Of a stretch of DNA of 64,000 nucleotides, positions 28,555 through 40,939 are shown one piece after another. Numbering within the stretch: the first letter of the stretch is position 1; every line of letters starts with the position of its first letter. A program made the position numbers and the translations under genes. Below the pieces are notes generated by a model. That model was given only the letters and a program-made list of their open reading frames with translations. It had not been told where the DNA came from and did no database searches. The stretch is from Octopus sinensis (taxonomy: Eukaryota). The stretch is from positions 92,566,001-92,630,000 of the forward strand of contig NC_043001.1 in the NCBI RefSeq assembly GCF_006345805.1. Direction: 5' to 3'.

Positions 28555-29090
28555 TCCTTTCAAATCCATAAATTTAGAACCACTACGATCAATGTTGGCA
28601 CAATGAAAGGTAAGACTGGTGAGATTATTGAAATGCAAGTGAGGTTGCATGTTGACATGTGCTATGTGCAAGAGAGAAGATGAGTGGAAGCATCAACTAG
28701 TTTCATTATGAGCTAGGAACATTCTTTTGGGTAGGTAGCAGCAATAGGGTGGGATTGTAGGCATATTTTTGGCAGAGAGATGGATAGCAAAATAATTAAA
28801 TCAGTCAGAACATGTGATAGTTAAGCTGAGGCATGTTTTAGATAAATCAATAGTGATGTTTAATTCTGCTTATGCTTCCTAATCTGAGCTGGCAGATGAA
28901 CAGATGGAGCAATTTTACAAGGCCCTTTTACAGATTACTTTAACGACAAATGACAGTTACTTTATTAAGTGCCAGGAGAGCTATGACTGGTACTAGAAAT
29001 GAGGAGAGAACAAGGCTGTCGGAGTTCTGTAATGCAAATGACTTGATGATCTGCTACACAAACTCCAGGAAACACACTTGTCACCTGATA
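28555..29090 (+). mobile_element. Old RTE apurinic-endonuclease (5') fragment
   Basis: TINVGTMKGKTGEIIEMQVRLHVDMCYVQERR (NV-TM, QE motifs), FWVG and EFCNANDLMICYT remnants. Confidence 0.75.
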
Positions 29091-30349
29091 AAAACTATTA
29101 TCAAGCTATTATGAAACTCATTTACAAAATTAAAGTGAATAAAATGGTTAGCAGCAAGTATTGCTCTCTGTTTGAAATAGGCCCTATATTTATAAAATAT
29201 GGTTAAGAACAAGTTTACTCTAAATGTTCTTCCATTATTGTCATTGTATCAATTAAGAGAGTGAATTGTCAAAAACAACAGACTATATGGCTCAAGTCTT
29301 TACTTTTACCTTCTAGATTTTCTAAGTTCAATTCTTGCTAGGATGGATTTTGACTTTCATTCTTCTTTGGAGGATGGTACATTCAGTTGAAGATCATACA
29401 ACATGTATTTTAAGTTCAAATCCATTTAGAGTTCAAACTTTCTCTTCAGGGTTGATAAAATTTATGCAGTTATTAAATTGGCAGTTAATTTATACCAATA
29501 AGTTCTATACATAGAGTAGATGTTGACTAACAAAAAATGAGAATACTATTTCAATCAAACAGGTCTAAGACTTCTGCAACAAGTAACTAAAGATCTGAGA
29601 CCTAAGCTTATAATTATTACTAGTGTTGTTGTTAACCTCAGTTCAGATCTTATTAGGATTGACTTTGCCACTTCGTTATTCAGAGAGTAATAAAGATATA
29701 CTTTAAAAGGAGTTAATTATATCAACTAACTACATTCCCAACAAATTTGTAACCTAATAACAAAATTTCAAGTTTTCCTCCTCTTTATTGTTATTAGTAT
29801 TATGCATGTTCTCTCCACCCACATTTTACATTGATATCCTCACTCCACTGAGTCCCCAAATTCTCTTTCCTTCTTTATTATTATATATCTTACTCTCTTC
29901 TATGCATGCCTTTCCTTCCACTCTCGCAACCTACCAAACCACATGTCAGCTCTCTTTCATCCATCCTCTGCCTACTATATCAACTACTCTCCCTCACTTT
30001 TTACTATGCAGTCAGTCCTGTTACACCTTCCAGCCTCCACCAACTCATGCATCATTGGGCATCCTCCACATTTTGTCTTCCATTCATTACATCCACCCTT
30101 CAACCCTACTCAATCTTTGCAGTTATTGGTTACCCTCATCTCACACCCTCATAAACTCTTGCAATCTCCATCCAGTCACACTCCTAATTTCTGTGTCCTT
30201 ACTTAGACACTTCATCACCACTATTTTCATCTCTTTCCAGCTCCATCTGCTCACACCCACTCTTCTAAAATGTGAGTAACTATGTATTCCACTGCAGCAA
30301 GAAACCTGTTCTGCTCTAGCTCTTTCTATCATACTTTAACACCTCATCG

Positions 30350-30590
30350 CCTAGCACGAAACTGTGTTCCTTGGGGTTTGTAGTCTTGTCTGCCACATGA
30401 TAACCCTACAAATGTGGTGCCAAAAAAAAAAGCATCCAGTATATGCTGTAAAGTAGTTGGTGTTAGGAAAGGCATAAAGCTGCCAAAGCAGACAATAAAG
30501 CATGATGTAGCCCTTGAATTCAACAGACCATGTCAAACTATTCAACCCATGCCAATATGGGAATATGGATGTTAAATGGTGATGATAAGT
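30350..30590 (+). mobile_element. Degenerate RTE 3'UTR/tail fragment
   Basis: ttggtgttaggaaaggcat...caacccatgccaatatgg...gttaaatggtgatgat resembles the reverse complement of 43960-44140. Confidence 0.65.
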
Positions 30591-32419
30591 AGTCACAGAC
30601 TGATGAGTTTACTGTCATCATCATCATCATTACAGTATTACAGTGCTTTTCCATCTTAGTATGAATTCCGTATGAGAATGGTAGACATCATGTATAAATA
30701 AAATTATTGAATTATTTTGTTTTCAGTATGGTGAACTATTTGCTTAGCCATTTTGTGATTATGTCTGAAATGATATACAGGGAAAAATTTAGCTAAGCTC
30801 ATTCTCACACCGGGTTTGAAATGCAACTTAACAAAAAGTTCATACATAAGATTATGGCAAAAAAAAATTTTAATTTGAAAATTGCCACTTTAAACTATTG
30901 TATATCAGAACTACAGGCAATGACAATTGGATTAATATCAAAAGATAAGAAAGGATTGTCCATGGTCCTAGTCAACATGTGATCACACAAACTATATATA
31001 TATGAATGATAAAATACAGTGCATTTTTGTATTTCCTTTCACTATGTAAGCATAAATAATGCATGGTAAAGAACTGATAAATCTTTTCCATTCATTATTT
31101 ACGCTTACACCCTTATTTGATTAGGTATGAGTGTAACTATATATGCACAAACGCTCACAAACAGACACACAAATATGTACATATATCAAGTCACTATAAT
31201 GATTGATGCATATGTAGAGGATGGAAAAACAAAAATACCTAGGAGTCCAAACACTCCTACACATGAATCAAAATGATTTTCTTTCGCTGTACACAAATAC
31301 ACACACACACACGTGCGCACATGCACACATACAAACATTTGAAATTTATATTTTTAAGAAATTTAAAAATCAACAAGTCACACTAACTGCAATGCACAAA
31401 CATAAATGCAGCATAATATTCCATTCAAACAAAATGCAAGATGTCTAGTGAAACACCACCAGCAAAACTTTGGAAGTTAAAGTTACCTTGCATTTTGATT
31501 GTGTATATACACACACACACAGACACACATACGTAGGTTTCAAAACTTTGCACAAAGTCAGTAACTTCAGGGGAGAGAGTACGTCAGTTACATCAACCCC
31601 AGTACTCAAATGGTGCTTATTTTATCGCCCCCCCCCCTCCACTAAAAAAAGGAGGAACGACAAAGTCAACATTGGTATAATTTGAACTCAGAATATAAAG
31701 ACAGATGAAATACCACTAAGCATTTTACCTAGTGTACAAATGATTTTACCAACTCACTACCATTACACACACACACACACACACACACATACATACATAT
31801 AAATATATATTATACATATATTATAAATTCAGTATATTTAAGTATAGCCTCACATAAAACTTAAATCTTTGGCTAAACGTTTAAGATTAACTACTGAAAT
31901 GCTCCTCTGATATTTGGTGTCCATATTTATAAATTTTTTTATTTGGCATCCCATGTAACAAACAAATTATTTAATCTTGGTTTATCAGATGAAAGGATAA
32001 CAAAGAAATGAAGAATGTTTAACAAGAGGTTCAACTTTTCCAGATGATATAGAAATGCTAGTTGAAACAGTGTGTATATAGGGAGCTAGTGAGGATTATA
32101 AATACAAAATATAAATATTACTTTTAATATTGTAGAAGAGAGAAAGAATACATAAGGGAAACCAATAAAGGTATTTTGAGGAAATCATTTAACAAAAAAA
32201 ATAAATAAAATATTCAGAGCAAAGTTAATCTCTGCACACGCCTGTATAAGTTTGTAGTAGGTATGCATGTATACATATATGCTTGATTACATAAAAGTGT
32301 GTGTACACACACACATGCATATATATATATATATACACACACACATAGATACTTAGGTCTAGGTACATATCAATTCATAGGTCATTAATGTATATACACA
32401 CATACATATATGCATGCAT

Positions 32420-32461
<42 letters not shown>

Positions 32462-32465
32462 TGCA

Positions 32466-32503
<38 letters not shown>

Positions 32504-33288
32504 CATGCAGACAATCATACACAAGTTTGTATATGCATATATATGCCCACATACATATAAACCTGTATATGTATTATATGTATGTGTGTATACATACATA
32601 TATATTTATATATGTGTGTGTTTGTACATATATATATACACTCACACACACACGGGATGGCAATGTGCACACACCCACGCACACACACGTTGTCAGACAC
32701 ATATATATACTAAAAAAAAAGTAATATTAGTGGCTAGGGATTATTCAACTACAATATAATGGCAATTCTGCTAAGTATGCTTCAAATGTAGACACAATAG
32801 GTCACTGAGATAAAAAAAAGAATCCCAATTTAGTGTATAACTGTCCAAATCTAGCAACCAAAAATATTGAAATGAAATAAAATTACTGTGGAAAGAAGAA
32901 TGTAAATAGCTGCAATAAAAAATAATGATTACAGAAACAAATTTGGCCATAATGATGACAGCAATGGCAATAAAACAGAACAGAAGAAATAAGTGAAATG
33001 CAAAAAGTTGTAAGGTTAGGAACAAAGTAATATGTAGATTAACTGAAATCTCTTCAAAGAAGAGAGTATATGGATATATTTACACACACACAGACATATA
33101 ATTATATATAAAAATAGCATTTATATCTGTGTATGTGTGTATATATGTGAGTACTTATATGTACACACATATATTGGAGCATGTGTTTGGAGAAAAACAA
33201 ATAGCAGCAATGCTATAGATACATAAAGATGGAAAAAAACAATAAAATAGCAACAGCAGGAAACACCAGTAACAGTAGTAGTTATTAC

Positions 33289-33348
33289 AAGCAGAAGTAG
33301 CAACAGCAGCATCTGCAATAGTAGTTAGTAGTTGGTGGGAGGAAGGTT
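33289..33348 (-). CDS. Candidate 60-nt phase 1-1 exon (EPSSHQLLTTIADAAVATSA), or start of an alternative terminal exon reading through to the stop at 33155
   Basis: Long pyrimidine tract ttttccatttttgtactttcgattttag|AA CCT TCC; weaker donor T|gtaata; S/T/A-rich peptide. Confidence 0.45.
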
Positions 33349-33563
33349 CTAAAATCGAAAGTACAAAAATGGAAAATAAAAATTTATTCATTAGTATCAG
33401 ATCAACAGTCATTCATATTCTGCATAACATATGTGGAAGCAAACATTATATATGTATATAACTGTGTCAGCCAGTGAGATATGCCAATATACATTAAATA
33501 ACATACACAACTGAGACACTAGGTTTGTGATTTAACTTTATTTCATGTTTTTAGTCATATCAA

Positions 33564-34136
33564 TTAATGACCTGCGCTGCCTCCGGAAAATCCTCCGCAT
33601 CAAATGGCAGAATCATACCCCCAACAAAGATGTCCTCAGGCAAGCAGGAATACCAAGCATGTTTGCACTCCTCACACAAAGACGTATGAGATGGCTTGGG
33701 CATGTTAGCCGTATGAAAGATGGCAGAATCCCCAAGGACATACTCTACGGAGAGCTTGCTAGGGGTACTAGGTCTGTGGGTAGACCGTTCTTACGTTACA
33801 AGGATGTTTGCAAAAGGGACATGAAGGCCTGCAACATCAATATTAGCGGTTGGGAGGCAGTTGCCAGCAACCGTGGAGACTGGCGACGTTCCGTAAAAGA
33901 GGGAATACAAAGGAGTGACAGAGAGAGAGAGGAGAAATGGAAAGACAAGAAAAGACGTCAACAAGAAACTATGGCATTACAACCAGCCAGGAACAGTCTT
34001 CGCTACATTTGCGGTACCTGCCAGAGGAGTGTTTGCCACAGCAGGAAATGTATCATGACATGAAATGTAAAAGCCGGACTAGACTACTTTATGCGCAACT
34101 CCATTGTCTCCCAAGACAAAAAGGATGCCAACAACA
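33564..34136 (+). mobile_element. 5'-truncated RTE (BovB/AviRTE-like) LINE with intact C-terminal ORF, (CAA)n tail and 11-bp TSD
   Basis: LRCLRKILRIKWQ...RRMRWLGHVSRMKDGRIPKDILYGELARGTRSVGRPFLRYKDVCKRD; ends ...ggatgccaacaaca; AGTCATATCAA at 33553-33563 and 34137-34147. Confidence 0.92.
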
Positions 34137-34360
34137 AGTCATATCAAATATTTCAGACTCCAGCTAAACATTGCAGTATATACAAAAATTTCTTCAGCTT
34201 ATAAGTTTTAATAAATAAATAATGATACACACACAAACATATATACATACTACCCTCTATATTGTAAAGAAAAATTACTTTTCTGAATCAAAAACTTACA
34301 ATAGATTTGTATTTAGTAGAAGTAATACACTTAGTAAATATAAAATTAACCCCAAGTTAA

Positions 34361-34569
34361 TCCTTTGACATTACTCTGTCAAATGTAATGCTTATTTAAT
34401 CACACTGTTCTAAAGTAATCATGCATTATCTCATAACTTTGAGATTTTGATATGATTGCTTATTGTTAAGATGACATTGTAGGGTAGATGTGGGAGGCCA
34501 GATCTGACCAGTTTGAACATAGAATAGAGAATAATTGGTCTAGACATGGCTGGTTTAGATGCTTAAGTG
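34361..34569. mobile_element. Older inverted copy of the 13193-13414 piggyBac-type MITE
   Basis: TTAA flanks; ggccagatctgaccagtttgaacata and ggctggtttagatgct match the reverse complement of 13200-13270; TIRs are degenerate. Confidence 0.8.
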
Positions 34570-34979
34570 TTAAACTATGATTCGCATGTCTCAAGTCACA
34601 TATTTTCTAAATGTATAAACATTCTCTCAAACAAATCAAAGCTGGCAAATAAAATCCAACAAGGGAGTTCTTATATGGTTACTCCACCTGCAAGAAATAG
34701 TAATGAAAAGTCCCTAAAATCTCTCATTTAGTGTCTTAAAAATATAAGGAAGGGCACACTGATTTATGTAATCCTAGATGTCATGCACTTGTGGAAAAAG
34801 ATAGGATGTTTATGATTAGAAAGCTTTTGATTGTAGGTTTATTCAATCAGGGCTGAAATGTAGGTAAGCGGCAATAACACACATAGATATATTGAACTAA
34901 GACACAAATAACAGGTAAGTTAGTGTTAATATATTTAATACAAGAGCATCAAAAGGCCATTCAGAAGCAAAAAAGTTTA

Positions 34980-35100
34980 AAGAAAGAAAGAAAGAACAAA
35001 AGAAAGAAAAGGAAGAAAGGAAGAAAGAAAGAAGAAAGAAAGAAAGAAAGAAGAAAGAAGAAAGAAAGAAAGGAAGAAAGAAAGGAAGAAAGAAAGAAAT
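34980..35100. repeat. (GAAA)n-type purine tract (a longer GA-rich tract lies at 25480-25750)
   Basis: Read directly. Confidence 0.9.
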
Positions 35101-35312
35101 GAATGACTACTTTCACTTTCATGAAAAATATGAGACAATTCTGAACATAATTCAGTGTTATTCTGACCTCACTAACAAAACAACTCTCACTCTGATGAAG
35201 TAATGAAGAAATATTTATTAAGTAAATACACAAAATTGTACATTAAACAAAAATTCTTGTTAGCATTAGACTTAAACAAAACTAGCACCCACAAGAAATA
35301 TAAAAGAATATC

Positions 35313-35727
35313 AGGCGCAGGAGTGGCTGTGGTAAGTAGCTTGCTAACCAACCACATGGTTCCGGGTTCAGTCCCACTGCGTGGCATCTTGGGCAAGTGT
35401 CTTCTGCTATAGCCCCGGGCCGACCAAAGCCTTGTGAGTGGATTTGGTAGACAGAAACTGAAAGAAGCCTGTCGTATATATGTATATATATATATATATG
35501 TGTATGTGTGTGTTTGTGTGTCTGTGTTTGTCCCCCTAGCATTGCTTGACAACCGATGCTGGTGTGTTTACGTCCCTGTCACTTAGCGGTTCGGCAAAAG
35601 AGACCGATAGAATAAGTACTGGGCTTACAAAGAATAAGTCCGGGTTCGATTTTCTCGACTAAAGGCGGTGCTCCAGCATGGCCGCAGTCAAATGACTGAA
35701 ACAAGTAAAAGAGTAAAAGAGTAAAGA
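35313..35727 (+). mobile_element. tRNA-derived SINE, family A, full length
   Basis: A-box-like TGGCTGTGG, B-box GGTTCAGTCCC, internal (TA/TG)n and (GTAAAAGA)n tail; near-identical inverted copy at 40533-40939. Confidence 0.9.
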
Positions 35728-36034
35728 GAGTCTCATTTGCCAGTACAGAATGTATCCCACTTCCCATCAACACACAGCTACTGCTATTGAAGAATCCAAT
35801 ATTCAATTCATCAAATATGTATTATTTGTATGGATAGAATGTCTGATTGCAGCTACTGTGGAAATAAAGAAGGTGAACTAAGTCAGTTAGCTAGGATTTA
35901 TAAAAGATTATCAACAAACCATTGAATGTAGGTGACTGGCAATTTTGGCATTATGTTGTTATATATACATACACATATGTAGATACACACACACACAAAT
36001 ATATACATATATAAATATATACATATATGTATAT

Positions 36035-36322
36035 TACCGTGATCACCGTGACTGACCAGGTTATCAGATGTTGCTACACATCGCTGGTCACAATGCACTT
36101 CCCATTGTTTTAGCCTTCAAATGATGCCACCCCGCTGGCTAAGCGAGTAGGCCAACAGAAGAAAGAGTGAGAGAAAGTTGTGGCGAAAGAGTACAGCAGG
36201 GATCGCCACCACCCCCTACAGGAGCCTCATGGAGCTTTAGGTGTTTTCGCTCAATAAACACTCACAACGCCTGGTCTGGGAATCGAAACCGCGATCCCTA
36301 ACCACTGGGCCATTGCGCCTCC
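36035..36322 (-). mobile_element. tRNA-derived SINE, family C, with a deletion in the tRNA-like head
   Basis: Minus strand GGAGGCGCAATGGCCCAGTGGTTAGGG (A box) followed almost directly by GGTTTCGATTCCC (B box); GC-rich body; (CACGGT)-type repeats at the tail. Confidence 0.75.
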
Positions 36323-39009
36323 ACACATATATGTATATACATTTCTGTATATGAGTGTGTGTACATATATATACACACACATACACATATATATATATAT
36401 ACATATATCTACACATGCACACACAATATTCTGTATTTGACAGAAGAGGTTGTTTTTAGAATATTAACTTTATTGTTTTTGAAGAGTGACCAATGATATT
36501 TAGTTAATTACACGAACTAAGTGATCTGGAGCAGGCGACAACCATGAACTAATAACCCTTTCATGTCTTTCACATTTTATATTGTTTTAGAAATTAGTAA
36601 AGGCAATACAGTGCTGGTTCTTGGAGCTTTACAGTAAATCATTTAATGAATCACTGTTCTCAGTTTTCTGTTTATTGATTATCCTTCTATTGTTTATAAA
36701 ATAGTTTCCCATAATATAATGAGGTTAATTCCATTTGGTATACACTTCTCTTACTGTTTATTCATTTTTAATGTAACTTAATGAACAATACACATCAAAC
36801 TTCAACAGACATTTAGTGAGAAAGAGAGAGAGAGAGAGAGAGAGAGATGGGAAGGAGAAGCAGAGGAGTGCATGTGTGTGTTTCTGTATGGTATAATACA
36901 ATATTCTCAACCTGTCTTGTTTAGAATCAACTCTAAATAGTAACAATTTGTACAGCAATATGAATAAATAAAAATTAAAACAGTATACCAATACATTATA
37001 CTGTTTGCTTTAAAATATTCTAACTATACAGTATTGTACATTATAATAGTATATGACATATAGTTGCTGGCTGACATAGAAATTGTATAACAGAGTATAA
37101 AAATGTACGAGATATGGTCATCATTAATAGTAAAAAGCTTATTAAAAAGAAAAAAAACTGCAAAGGAAAAACATAAATTTCACAATATTTAAAGCAATAA
37201 AAAAAATTTATTTGTTAAGATATTTGTAAGATATTTACAAATAGAAAGTTTTTAACATAATTTTTTAATTCAAACACAAAACATTTAATGTTTTCATTAA
37301 AAAATGGCTATTTCTAGAATGAAACCTTATTGCTAACACTTATGAAGTATCCTCTTCACTAATTTTATCAAGCATAAGACTATGTTAACAAATCAGTTAT
37401 TTTCATCGTTTTTCAAAACTTATAATTTCACATTAAAATAAAAAACTTTGTTCATTTGGAAATATTAAAAATGTTTAGTTACCATTAATTAAGCAGTTTT
37501 CTTGACACAAATAAATGGAATGCTGTATTTAAGCTGACTGTCTAGATTATAATTTCATGTTTCATATTTGTATCTACATCATATAAAAGTTCCAAGTTCA
37601 AATGTAACTCACAGGAAATGTATATCATTGAAAATAGGGCACCAGAAATACACAGAAAAGAGAAACACAAGATAATATTAACTTACAAAACCTATGCTAA
37701 CTCCAAAATGTTATGCCAATCCAAAAGTACTAGAATCAACAGGCCAAAATGTTCAACAGCAAGTGGATTAACCAATTTCAAAATTAAAATTTATTCACCT
37801 CTGATTGATAAAAAAATAAGAACTGGTAATGTCTAAATATTATTGATTGTAAAGAAAATAATTTAATTATTGACAATAAACATTTCTCAACAAAACTGAC
37901 TGAATATCTGGTCAAACACACAATTATGGTTATTATAAAAGGACAGTGAGTTTGTAACAATAGTAAAGCATCAGACAAAATTCCATACTGTATTTAGTAT
38001 TTTCCTAAGCTCAAAACCTGCCAACATCAGTTAACACAAATCATATCCTAAAAGTATTATGCAAATATGCTCCTTCCTTTAGAAATGTTTTAACCTATGC
38101 AGATGTGAAAAATAAGAATTATAACTATAATCATTAATTTTGTTTTCAGAGGGTAGTAGACAGTAGACATGTAGGAGATATGTAGAGTACTGGAGAACGT
38201 TTTGTGGTATCCATATGCATTGACATTTTGAGTTCTGCCAGGACTGGATTTGTCTTTCGTCTTTCGGACAAATACTGTGATCCATTTTATTGACTATATC
38301 CTCTCCACTAAAATGCTTGCTACTCTGACAATTAGAAAATAACTATTTTACTAGTGTACCAATATCATTAAAAAAAGACCGACAAGTTATAGAGAACTGT
38401 TAAAAATGATGATTAAAAATTATTGATAAATTTCTAATGTAAAGACTGCACTTTGCATTTAATAGTAAAATATTACAGTTTAATAATTTATAAGTGTGAT
38501 AGTGCATGCTGCTGCTAAAATGATAGATCATAATGGTATTTAAGTACATAAAAACTTACACCATCAAATGACAATTTTTCCTTATAACAATTTTATTGGT
38601 CCACTGCAAGTTTTAATGAAATTATTTAAAAAATTCATTAAAAATGATGATACAATATTCCAGGGTTGAAGAATGTTTCTATTTCTAGTCCTGATTAAAA
38701 TAACATATATTTAACTTCTTACTTCAGCTCACTGTTACTTTAATTTTCCCACTAACACTGTCTGCTATCAGAGCAGTGTGATAAACACCCTTAAACACCC
38801 TATCATCCCTCACATTTTCATTTTACTTCTACTTTTATTGATTCACTAGCTGTTCTTTAACAGCAAATTTCTTAATCTCACAGAAATGCATGTGCTTTTC
38901 CAGTCATGCTTGTGCTTATGAACTATGCATAAATATGAGAGAAAGTGTGATGTGGAAACATCTGTGTATAATAAGTGAAAATGCAATCTCTCTCTCTCTC
39001 TCTATCTTA

Positions 39010-39150
39010 TGTGCCCATAGCTTTCACTGGGTACACCATATGGAGTTTCTCCTGACACCTTTTCTACATATCAAGCAGAAGCATCTCTCTGAAGGGACAT
39101 ATGATTTGTCGGTTTTCCAACTTATCAACACTTTGGTCTTTGCTAACTGA
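39010..39150 (-). mobile_element. Short old RTE fragment (PHD-like finger region)
   Basis: LAKTKVLISWKTDKSYVPSERCFCLICRKGVRRNSIWCTQ is homologous to the ORF at 45069-45725. Confidence 0.8.
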
Positions 39151-39164
39151 CTTATCAATGCTTT

Positions 39165-39208
<44 letters not shown>

Positions 39209-39418
39209 AAGTACAAATAAAGGTTACAAGCCTCATTGAGGGATAGCAAAATTCTATGAAAGTACTGGCTCCCTATACAAAGACTGTTGAACATTACAGT
39301 TAATACTCAACAATAACAATATAAACCGTGGTTTATATATATTTATTTATTATAAGATAAGAATATAGAGAGATAATTAATAAATTATTATTTATTAATT
39401 AAAAAACTGACAAACAAC

Positions 39419-39502
39419 CCTTACAGCTGTTTCAGTTCAAGACATCCAGAAAATTAATTAATAAAAATGAAAAGTTATTTGTAAGTCAAATTTCATCAGA
39501 GG
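39419..39502 (-). ncRNA. Putative minimal type-I hammerhead ribozyme, mirror copy
   Basis: Minus strand cct-CTGATGA...GAAACAGCTGTA-agg, giving a 3-bp helix I (cct/agg). Plus-strand TCATCAG at 39493-39499 and TACAGCTGTTTC at 39422-39433. Confidence 0.65.
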
Positions 39503-39568
39503 TAGCTTAAGATATACGAAATATGAATAATGCAGGAATTGAACATCTATTTTGTATATCTTAAACTA

Positions 39569-39650
39569 CCTCTGATGAGATTTGACTTTCAAATAATTTT
39601 TAATTTTATAAATTAATTTTCTGGAGGTCTTGAACTGAAACAGCTGTAAG
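39569..39650 (+). ncRNA. Putative minimal type-I hammerhead ribozyme (Penelope-associated type)
   Basis: cct-CTGATGA (39572-39578), AT-rich imperfect stem II, GAAA-C-AGCT-G-TA-ag (39637-39650); palindromic helix III ACAGCTGT. Confidence 0.65.
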
Positions 39651-39711
39651 CGATGTTTGTCATTTTTAAAAATTAATAAATAATAATTTATTATCTCTAT
39701 TTTCTTATCCT

Positions 39712-39763
<52 letters not shown>

Positions 39764-40012
39764 CACTGCATAACGAAGACATAACACGATGTAAATAAAG
39801 ACATCTGAGAAAAATGAGAAATTTGAAAAGTTAACACGAACCGGTAATTTCTTCAAAAATTATGTTACTGTATGAAAAAATTTTATAACATTCTTCTAAC
39901 ATAATGACTCAAATATATTCTTTAACCTTATAAAACAAGCCTTCTGTAGTTTTTTCACTCTTTACTATTTTCTATATTTCCAACCACATACTTTTACACA
40001 CCAACTTTCTTA

Positions 40013-40056
<44 letters not shown>

Positions 40057-40219
40057 AATACATACATATTCACATGTGTGTATAATATATATATTGTATT
40101 TCATTTATTAAGGAATAAAAATTCCGGCATCACAGGGGTTCAATTTATTCTCAATGAGGAAATATATATTTTTTATTTAGAGATAGTAGCCCCCTTCATC
40201 CCACCATATAAAAGAATTT

Positions 40220-40345
40220 TAATTTAATACTTACTACTCATTTCTCAACTACACGTGTGTCTTGAGGTTCTTTTATGGTTCCTTAAGCATGCAGTATTTT
40301 ACAGGAACCTTTCTTAAAATGTAGCCCCAATCATCAGGCCTCTAA
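40220..40345 (-). ncRNA. Degenerate hammerhead-like motif in a (TA)n-flanked insert
   Basis: Minus strand CTGATGA-ttggggctaca...ggttcct...aggaacc...tgtagttga-GAAAT-gagta-GTA; stem II pairings are visible but the core is imperfect. Confidence 0.4.
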
Positions 40346-40532
40346 ATAACTTTATCATAGTTCGATATATATATACATACACATATACATAAAAATTATC
40401 TTGTGTGTATATTGTTGTCCCTTTTTTGTATCACCTAAATGTCTGGATGTTTTGCATTCTTGTCCAATTTTATATATATATATATTATATATATATATAT
40501 ATATTATATATATATATATAGTGACTTTGGTC

Positions 40533-40939
40533 TCTTACTCTTTTACTCTTTTACTTGTTTCAGTCATTTGACTGCGGCCATGCTGGAGCACCGCCTTTTT
40601 TTTTAATCGAGCAACTCGACCCCGGGACTTATTCTTTTGTAAGCCCAGTACTTATTCTATCGGTCTCTTTTGCCGAACCGCTAGGTAACGGGGACATAAA
40701 CACACCAGCATCGGTTGTCAAGCAATGCCAGGGGGGCAAACACAGACACACACACGCATATATATATACATATATACGACGGGCTTCTTTCAGTTTCCAT
40801 CTACCAAATCCACTCACAAGGCTTTAGTCGGCCCGAGGCTATAGTAGAAGACACTTGCCCAAGGTGCCGCGCAGTGGGACTGAACCCGGAACCATGTGGT
40901 TGGTTAGCAAGCTACTTACCACACAGCCACTCCTGCACC
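40533..40939 (-). mobile_element. tRNA-derived SINE, family A, full length
   Basis: Reverse complement of 35313-35727. Confidence 0.9.

Larger units (their letters stand above)
39356..39709. repeat. Foldback element (about 165-bp inverted arms, about 24-nt loop) next to (TA)n, with a hammerhead core in each arm
   Basis: 39356-39523 is the reverse complement of 39548-39709 with scattered mismatches. Confidence 0.9.

Noticed and set aside
29788-30279. 163-aa plus-strand ORF
   Set aside because: C/T-biased low-information sequence with no domain motifs, probably the antisense of a decayed retroelement.
35313-35385. tRNA gene
   Set aside because: The A/B boxes belong to a SINE head continuous with a multi-copy SINE body; there is no complete cloverleaf.
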